A stretch of DNA of 63,961 nucleotides, the filler included, from Octopus bimaculoides (taxonomy: Eukaryota): assembly GCF_001194135.2 (NCBI RefSeq). It is 4 parts of 4 records of this genome, joined end to end, with 100 filler letters (N's around TTAATTAATTAA, not from the genome) between each part and the next. Parts side by side here need not be neighbours in the genome. Positions count along the whole stretch, not along the records: positions 35,511 to 60,000 come from NC_068986.1; positions 60,101 to 63,961 come from NC_068982.1; 2 more parts are not named here. The stretch is one strand, 5' to 3'. Below the pieces are notes generated by a model. That model worked only from the letters and a program-made list of their open reading frames with translations, was not told where the DNA came from and did not search any database. Position numbers and translations under genes: made by a program. This document shows, one piece after another, positions 55,751-63,961 of this stretch. How positions within the stretch are numbered: position 1 is the stretch's first letter; each line of letters starts with the position of its first letter.

Positions 55751-56274
55751 TATTGCATCCAATGCACTTTTTGCAAATATTCATATGATATTCAGTCAGG
55801 CTGTTGGCTAGCTGACTGACTTACAGAATATCTACATGATATCTGCCTGCATAAAAATACCCCTATTGCCCATCATTTTTGCTCTGCTGGTTACTCCACT
55901 CTTCTCTCTTTAAACCCATATATTGTTTGGACTGAACACCCCACTCTTTCCAGTAACATTTTCCACATACTTTTTAAAAATTTTAATTTAACTTAAATTA
56001 TATTCATTTTTAATTCCTCTTCCATACACTTCTACATGCCCATATACATAGTTTGCACCCCCCACCCCCACACACACTTACACACAAGCACGTTTCCATA
56101 TGCTGGCATGTACAAAAGTCCCTTCACCCACAAAAATACACACATTCATATATACACAAACACTCATACACATGCACATGCAAACATACACTTGCACTTA
56201 TACATATACACAGAACAACACTAATGCACTCACACACATAAATTTGCCAGGTTTTTGTCTCTCTCACCAAGGTC

Positions 56275-56338
56275 ATCAGCTGTCGAACGCCGACGAAGGG
56301 AAATAACCCTGAAATCCGGATACGTTCGTGCTGCTGAT
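56275..56338 (+). ncRNA. Type I hammerhead ribozyme with extended helix I
   Basis: atcagc-tgt-cgaacg CCGACGA aggg-aaataa-ccct GAAA t-ccgg-a T A cgttcg-tgct-gctgat; all helices pair; core has U4C; predicted cleavage after A56322. Confidence 0.75.
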
Positions 56339-56601
56339 CGAGGTGAGAGGGATAACTTCCNNNNNNNNNNNNNNNNNNNNNNNNNNNNNNNNNNNNNNNN
56401 NNNNNNNNNNNNNNNNNNNNNNNNNNNNNNNNNNNNNNNNNNNNNNNNNNNNNNNNNNNNNNNNNNNNNNNNNNNNNNNNNNNCAAACACTCATACACAT
56501 GCACATGCAAACATACACTTGCACTTATACATATACACAGAACAACACTAATGCACTCACACACATAAATTTGCCAGGTTTTTGTCTCTCTCACCAAGGT
56601 C

Positions 56602-56665
56602 ATCAGCTGTCGAACGCCGACGAAGGGAAATAACCCTGAAATCCGGATACGTTTGTGCTGCTGAT
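56602..56665 (+). ncRNA. Second copy of the type I hammerhead
   Basis: Identical to 56275-56338 except cgtttg for cgttcg (G-U wobble keeps the pairing); offset 327 nt across an N gap. Confidence 0.7.
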
Positions 56666-56909
56666 CGAGGTGAGAGGGATAACTTCCCTTGGCAAACAGG
56701 ACACAGTCGTGTGTCGATAAGCCAGCTGGAGGAGATGTCCTCCTGGGGCTAAAAGCAACAGTAACATCCACCCCTAGGGGTCAGCCACACTTAAGTGGCA
56801 ATATACTACACTTTATATATATATGCATATGTATATATGTATACATATATATATACATATATGTATACATACATATATATATATATGTGTGTGTGTGTGT
56901 ATATATATG

Positions 56910-56951
<42 letters not shown>

Positions 56952-57607
56952 GAGAGCAGTTGCCATATTCCCTTCCATATCAGCTAACTCTGATGAGTCT
57001 AAAGTTATATAATTAGATTGTTACCTAACACACCATTGCATTCTTTATGCAAAACTGATTGGTAAGATCAGCCATGATGGATATTTAATACTATATCTTT
57101 TGGATAATCTCTCCCTCTCTTTCTATCTATCTAGCTATCAGTTTCTCTGTTGTTGAGTTGTCTCCTGTGAGTCCAGGTAATTTTTCATGTTTGTTTATGT
57201 GAATTTGAATTTAATTTTTGTCTAAAAGTTGGTTAACAACATCTGCTTTTGCCTGAGTGTGTCTCTCGAGAATTTACCCTTAAAGGGTGAATTTTCGGAT
57301 TTTCAAATTTTATTTTTAAAATTTTAATCTGTCCTGAAAAATGGATAACTTCTCTGATGCTGCCAGCATTCTACCGTCCTACATGGACATTAATTTCCCT
57401 GCATTGCCGAATACTGCAGGGAAGAGAGAAAGCATTGAATCACATTCACACACACACAGTTGAACAATGTCAATACACTTACTGACAACAGCATTCCTAA
57501 CAAGCAAGTGGAAAAGGAAAGCAAGAAGAATGGACACATGGCTATTGCCACCACCGCTGCTACCACCACTGTCTCCACTACTGCCACCACCACCACCACT
57601 GCGTTCC

Positions 57608-58260
57608 ATAGACAGGCGTGGTTGCCGTTTGTGAGATGCGCTTTCCCACAGCTCATCTCATTAACTGAACTGCAATCATGGATCAAGCAGAGACTGAGGC
57701 TGCGCAAATGGCACCATGTGTGTTACCATGCTCTTGAGCAGCTCTGCCGTTCGGGATCAAACTTGTGTGACTTCAATTCCGTGAAAGCGTTCTATAGAGG
57801 ATTAGTGGTGGAGAGGTGTGACGACGTTCTTTTGGAGACTGAGAGTCTCCAGGTAACACCTGACCTGCCTCTTCAGGACCTATGGACAATTTTCAGAGAT
57901 CCCTGGTCTGGTAGTGCTATCAGAAAGCATTGCCCATTCGGGATAACCTCTACAGACATGATTTGAGAAAACTAGACTGACCTGCCCAAGATGCAGTCAG
58001 AATGAGGAAACAGTTCTGCACTCACTCGTGCAGTGTCTAAACATTTCAGACCTGTGGGCCTATATCGAATGGCTGCTGTCATGTGTGGGACGAATTCGGG
58101 AAGGCAAGGCAGTTTTCATCGACTTTTTCAAGTATCACTTGAAAAGGAAGGTGAGAATAGAGAGGAAAGTTTTGTCTCATGAAAAGTTTAACAAAAGGTG
58201 GGTGAATGTAGTAAGGATGGTACGCATGAATGACAGACCCATCTTTAGCATGATCCTATA
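57608..58260 (+). mobile_element. L1/Tx1-like LINE ORF2 3' end with CCHC zinc knuckle
   Basis: TRLTCPRCSQNEETVLHSLVQCLNISDLWAYIEWLL followed by FFKYHLKRKVRIERKVLSHEKFNKRW. Confidence 0.75.
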
Positions 58261-59630
58261 AAACAAAGAGAGAAAGAGCGCTTTGCTCCCATGCTATGTT
58301 TTTTTTTCGTTAGTAAGGGAGTGAATCACTCCCCTCCAACTTGGCAAGACTAGTGGACCATGGTTTCTGAGTCTTTGTTCTTCATTAGTACTGGACCTTT
58401 GCCTGCTAGAGAAGGCAGTCAATCATCCCTACTCACAATATGTAAACAGCGAAGCAGCAAATGGCCACTGATCCCATAATGAGCAAAGTAGCTAGTTCTA
58501 AAATTTCTAAACAAGATATCTATCTATATTATAATGGAGAAAGCTGCTTTTTAATTAGGCATGCAACAGTTACTAAAAGAAAGCAATTATTAAAGGCTTG
58601 ATTGTTTGGAAATTTTGTTATAAATTCATGTTCCAAAAATTTCTTGTAATTTTATTTTCTGAAGTTTATTGAATATTTGATCTACAAGATTTTTCACAAA
58701 TTCAAATATTCGTTGCCTTCAATGTGGAATAGATTCAATAAACAATATGAATTTGTTGCAGGTGAAATTTTCCATTTTCATTTGCAACAGTCTCTCACTC
58801 TCTCTCGCCTCTACTTTTATCAATTATAATTTAATATATATTCATTTCAAGTTTTAATTCACTATTTAAAAAACCCACAGTTTATTCTATATACATAATG
58901 TAAAAAAATATTTATTGAATGAATGCTTTTAGACAAAATAGCTGTATAACTTTGAGGCTTATTTTTCATAAAATGAAAATTTTTTAATATACTGGTATAA
59001 TTTATAAAAACAAAAAATTAAGAAGTGTTGGTATGACTTTGGAACACTATAAGCCCTATAATAATAACTATGTGATCGCTGATATTTCTAGCATGCTAAA
59101 TGCGGTTGGGTTACCTTGAAGCTTGTTTAAATTACAGATATATTACAGCTACAATAAATTACTGAAAGAAACATTTACTAAGCAAGTGAGATTTTTTATA
59201 AATTGAAGTTTTCTGAAATTTCTTTTCTTATTGAATATTTCAAGTTCACAAATTTAAATATTCGGTACAAGATAGTTTGGCATTCTTTCACTTGAACACA
59301 GACTTTGTTAATTTCCGTAAAAACTTTTTTATTTACTTTTTGCACATCGTGTTCAGCTATATTTATTTGTAGTCAGTCACACATGCACACATGTGATTTT
59401 GTATCTACGTTTGTATACATTTATGTATATATATGTTTGTGTGTGTGTGAGTGAGAGAAAGAGAGAGAGTGAGTGAAGGGGTGTGTTGCCATGTATATGC
59501 ACATACATAAATACATATGCATACATCTTTTTTTGTATGTATGTGTGAGACAGAGAGAGAGAGAGTGATGTCTAAGTGACACACTCTCTCTCTCTCACAC
59601 ACAGATATCCATTTCATGTATGCCTACATA

Positions 59631-60000
59631 TCAGGTCATCCCATAAGTTCTGTCTGATTTTATCTTTTTTAAAATTGAATGAAGTTTAATAGTATTTTAG
59701 AATTTCTAATGGAATTAAAAATTATTTTTATGCATTTGTCTACATTTAAACTAATTAAATATTATTTTACAGAATAATAGAATTAAAATTTCTTTGATTA
59801 AAACCCTTTCTAACATGGAAGTATCCAAAGAGCATTTAAGACACATAATGCTTTATGATTAAAGAAAGGAAACTACAGTCGAAGCGACTCGAAACACTCT
59901 CAGTTTATGGGAAAGAATCTTTGAAAGAAAGAACTTGCAGAAGATGGTTTGCAAAATTCAGAAGTGGAGATTTCAGCCTTGAAGATGAAAATCAAACAGG
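59631..60000 (+). mobile_element. Mariner 5' fragment (TA plus TIR plus HTH), cut by a scaffold gap
   Basis: ATG at 59815: MEVSKEHLRHIMLY...KESLKERTCRRWFAKFRSGDFSLED. Confidence 0.8.
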
Positions 60001-62041
60001 NNNNNNNNNNNNNNNNNNNNNNNNNNNNNNNNNNNNNNNNNNNNTTAATTAATTAANNNNNNNNNNNNNNNNNNNNNNNNNNNNNNNNNNNNNNNNNNNN
60101 TATATATAAGTAGAGATCAGATAATTTTTTAATAATTTAATTCTGAATTCATTCTCCCTTTAATGTCAATATGGCTAACCAAACATGGATTGTTGTCATC
60201 ATCATCATCACCTTCATCATCATCATCACCTTCATCATCATCATCATCATCATCAATATAGAATCTGAATACATATGCTTCAGTATAAAACTCTTTTTTG
60301 TAGTTTTACATATTTACTTCTGTTTAATGTCCTATTCTTTGACTATTCAATATGTGAACATCATTGAAAAGACTTTTCAATTTTCGAGTGTGCTTTAATG
60401 AAGTCAATATTTCTCATTTCTAAGTACTTTTATAGTATATGTGCCATAATATAAAGAGGTTGGCATTAGAAAGGCATCCAGCCGCTGGATGTAAAAACCA
60501 GGCCAAAACAGACAAACACTCAAGTAATTCTTTGGACCCATTGGATCCAGTCAAACCATCCGACCAATGCCAGCAGGGAACATGGATGCTAACTGATGAT
60601 GATGATGATGACGATGATGATGATGATGATGCATATCAGTATGATTCCATTGCTAGTTATATGTTAATTATGATCAGAGAAGTCTTCAACTATTGTAGAT
60701 CTGATGATAACTCACTTCAATTAATGCTGTGTTTTTCAACACTCCACATATCTCTCTATGCATCAATTTTAAACCACTTTTCTTCATATCATATTTCACA
60801 CAAACACTTCATTTCTGAAAAAAAAAAAATAATAATAAAAGACACACAAAAAAAGAGTCTTTAATTGATTTTGTGAATTGTTCTCGAGTTATTTAACTCA
60901 TTCATTCAAGTTTAAACTTCCAGTTTCATAAGGGTCAATATTTCACTATTAAAAATAGTTGTGGTATTCCACAAAGTTATTATTACAAGTACATAAAGGC
61001 GGCAAGTTGATAGAATCATGACACATCAGACAAAATACTTTGGGACATTTCTTCCAGTTCTTTGTGTCCTGAATGCAAATATTACCCAAATCAACTTTGC
61101 CTTTCATCCATTTGGGGTCAATAAAATAAAATACCATTCAAGTACTAGGGTTGATGTAATTGACTTTCCCCTTCTCCACAACTGCTGACCTTGTGCCAAA
61201 ATTTTCCCATGTTGCAAGCTGGCAGAATTGTTAGCACCCTGGGTAAATTGCTTAATAGCATTTCATCTGTCTTTACATTCTGAGTTTAAGTTCCACCAAG
61301 GTTAACTTTGCCCATCATCCTTTCAGGGTTGATAAAATAAGTACCAGTTGAGCACTGAGGTCAATTTAATCAACTTGGCCCTCCCCACAAAAATACTGCT
61401 GGCCTTGTGCCAAAATTTGCAAAGGCAACAAACTGGCAGAACTGTTAGCACATTGAGCAAAATTCATAGAGTTTCATTAATCTTAATGTTCTGAGTTCAA
61501 GGTAGACTGATGGCCTTCAGGATACTATGATGTTACTTTAATTCTAAGTGTATTCTAAGTGTATTTTATTATTAAGTTTGAATTTTATAAGTCTGATTTC
61601 ATGTTCCCCTGTAGTTAACATGGCTAGCCAATCATAAATAAGTATTTTTAATTACACAACAAAAAGGAAAAAAAGTAATATAATTTATGCTGATATATGA
61701 GATAAATTAAATATTGATTGACTTTTGAAAGATAAAAAATAGTTTCTCTGCTCTTAATTTAATTCTTTGTTTCATAACCACAAGAAATGAAATTTAGAGA
61801 GAGGGAGCTAAACAGTTACATCAACCCCCCCCCCTACACCACTTGACAATCAATGTTTGTTTGTTTGTATTCCCATAATTTAGCAATTTGGCAAAAGAAC
61901 TGACAGAATAAGTGCCAAACTTTAAAAAGAAATGATTAGTACTGGATCAATTGAAGCCGTTCAAGGCAGTACCCAAGCTTGGTCACAGTTCAGTAACTGA
62001 AACAAGTAAAAATTAAAAGATAAAAGATAAAAATAAACAAT

Positions 62042-62655
62042 AGGCATAGGAGTGGCTGTGTGGTAAATAGCTTGCTTACCAACGACATGGTTCCGAGTTC
62101 AATCCCACTGCGTGGCACCTTGGGCAAGTGTCTTCTACTATAGCCTTGGGCTGACCAAAGCCTTGTGAATGGATTTGGTAGATGGAAACTGAAAGAAGCC
62201 CGTCGCATATATGTATGTATATATATATATATATAGGATAATTTACGAAAAAAAACAACAACAGACGAGGACAGGTGGTGTAAACAACAAAAGGATGTAT
62301 TAGTTTAACGCTCGGGAATAGAGAAAGTCTTTAATGTTTCGAGCTACGCTCTTCAACAGAAAGAATAAGGAGAAAAACAAGGAGAAAAACAAGGAGAAAA
62401 ACAAGGAGAAAAAAATTTGAATGTCGTGGTCAGCGATCTATGTGTGTATATGTTTGTGTGTCTGTGTTTGCCACCCAACATCGCTTGACAACCAATGCTG
62501 GTGTATTTACGTCCCCGTAACTTAGCGGTTTGGCAAAAAAAGACCGATAGAATAAATACTAGGCTTCCAAAGAATAAGTCCTGGGGTCGATTTGCTCGAC
62601 TAAAGGCGGTACTCCAGCATGGCAGCAGTCAAATGACTGAAACAAGTAAAAGAGT
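62042..62655 (+). mobile_element. tRNA-head CORE-like SINE (head and core about 62042-62205, tail about 62440-62655) interrupted by another repeat
   Basis: ggagtggctgtgtggtaa / ggttccgagttcaatccc box-like motifs; ggcaccttgggcaagtgtcttc core; many partial copies elsewhere (for example about 3470-3540, 5920-6040, 11500-11570, 23885-24005, 33750-33905). Confidence 0.75.
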
Positions 62656-62656
62656 A

Positions 62657-62689
<33 letters not shown>

Positions 62690-63161
62690 TAGATAAATAG
62701 ATAGATAGATAGATAATTGTATACATACATACTGACAGCGACAGTAAATGGCTGAAAGTGGCAGTCGTGATATCCCTGTACCATTAACGGTTTCAGCTGA
62801 CCCCTCTGGCCAATAACTGATGAAGAATTGGTGACCTCTGCTTTCTGTCCGCCTGTGTATATTTAGTTACAGCCTTGTAACTTAGCGGTTCGGCAAAAGG
62901 TACTGATAGAATAAGTACCAGGTTTACAAAGTATCAGTCCTGGGGTCGATTTGCTCGACTAAATGTGGTGCTCCAGCATGGCCACAGTCAAATGACTGAA
63001 ACGAGTAAAAGAATAAAAGAAAGAAATAAGAATCAAAGAAAAAAAAAAGAAAAAAGAAAAGAGAAGAAATCAATATAAAAGATATAACTGTTAGAATAAA
63101 ATAAATAAAGTGGGGGGGGAGGGGGATCAAAGCCAGCTTCAGGTCAATATCTTTATCATAC

Positions 63162-63225
63162 CTTGTACTGTTATGAATTTCAGGATTGTTGTTACAACCT
63201 TTATCAGGCAGATAAAACATGTCAT
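63162..63225 (-). CDS. Candidate first coding exon (signal peptide) of the minus-strand EGF gene
   Basis: Acceptor tttcttgcag (AG at 63287-63288), ATG at 63225, MTCFICLIKVVTTILKFITVQ-G|gtatga ending in phase 1, compatible with phase-1 EGF exons. Confidence 0.35.
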
Positions 63226-63847
63226 GCTTTAATTTTAGAAGAGAACTGGATTATTTATGCGATAGATATGCAGCTTTAGAAGATAACTGCAAGAAATCTT
63301 TTGCCTCTGACTTGTTTCAGTTATTGGATTGCAACCATGCTTGAGCACCAGCTTGAAAGGTTTTGTCGAACAAATCGACTCCAGTACTTATGCTTTAAGC
63401 CTGGTACTTATTTTATTAGTGTCTTTTGCCATGCTGCTAAGTTACAGAGACATAAACAAACTAACACTGTTTGTCAAGCAACGGTGGGGGACAAACAAAA
63501 ACAAACACATGCACAGATAGTTAGATAGATAGAGGGAGAGAGAGAGAGGGGGGGGATAGATAGAGAGATAGAGAGATAGAGAGATAGAGAGATAGAGAGA
63601 TAGAGAGAGAGACGGAAGGAAATAGATAGATAGATACATTTCTTTTATTAGCCACACGGGGCTTTACACAGAGGGGACAAATACAATGTAGAGCTTTACT
63701 TTTTTGGAGGAGGAAGGAGAGAAAAAAAGGGGGCGGCGATCAAAAGAGATCGTAGGAAAGAAAAAAAAAGGTGGGGAGTTCGATCAAAAGGGATCGAGAA
63801 AAAAAAAGCGATCAATAGGGATCGTGTATCACAGCAATGTTCTCGTG

Positions 63848-63897
<50 letters not shown>

Positions 63898-63961
63898 TCT
63901 TTTTATTATAGCCACACAGGGCTAAATACAGAAAATGGACAAATTACAAAGTAGAGCTTTT

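Noticed and set aside
56985-57030. CTGATGA with helix II after the tandem ribozymes (similar cases at about 40213, 26365 and 18555)
   Set aside because: The GAAA core or helix pairing is broken; at best relics, so not called as ribozymes.
57460-57966. 168-aa ORF as a host gene
   Set aside because: It is a chance fusion of an ACC microsatellite with a Tx1/L1-like ORF2 remnant.
11893-60056. Recurrent palindrome TTAATTAATTAA (three copies)
   Set aside because: Always centred in 44N+12+44N gaps; a scaffolding spacer, not biological.
60716-60814. Minus-strand 99-nt segment with strong splice sites (a similar 73-nt case at 45067-45139)
   Set aside because: All three frames contain stops; these could be UTR or poison exons but nothing supports that without RNA data.
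5459-62205. tRNA-like A/B-box sequences as tRNA genes
   Set aside because: They are SINE heads followed by SINE cores; no complete cloverleaf with an acceptor stem.
1-63961. CRISPR arrays, rRNA genes, prokaryotic operons
   Set aside because: None seen; the periodic repeats are eukaryotic microsatellites and SINEs.

Overview
Eukaryotic, AT-rich, microsatellite- and repeat-dense genomic DNA with many assembly gaps. The SINE/LINE repertoire suggests an octopod cephalopod (Octopus-like draft assembly); this is an inference from recalled repeat families, not a database match. The only well-supported host gene evidence is two phase-1/phase-1 calcium-binding EGF exons on the minus strand (43464-43583 and 42137-42262), plus a possible signal-peptide exon at 63162-63225. 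The rest is intronic or intergenic sequence filled with decayed mobile elements: several mariner copies, a DD37D (maT) transposon, RTE LINE fragments, a Tx1/L1-like 3' end, an RLE-type (HERO-like) 3' end, a Helitron 5' piece, a Penelope-like element, a 247-bp Mutator-type foldback MITE with a 9-bp TSD, and many tRNA-derived SINEs. The most notable signal is a set of type I hammerhead ribozyme motifs from several sequence families. A well-folding pair lies just downstream of the Penelope element (56275-56338, 56602-56665), one lies between direct repeats in a retrozyme-like layout (38842-38886), and several are decayed. Nearly all ORFs in the supplied track are microsatellite or N-gap artefacts.
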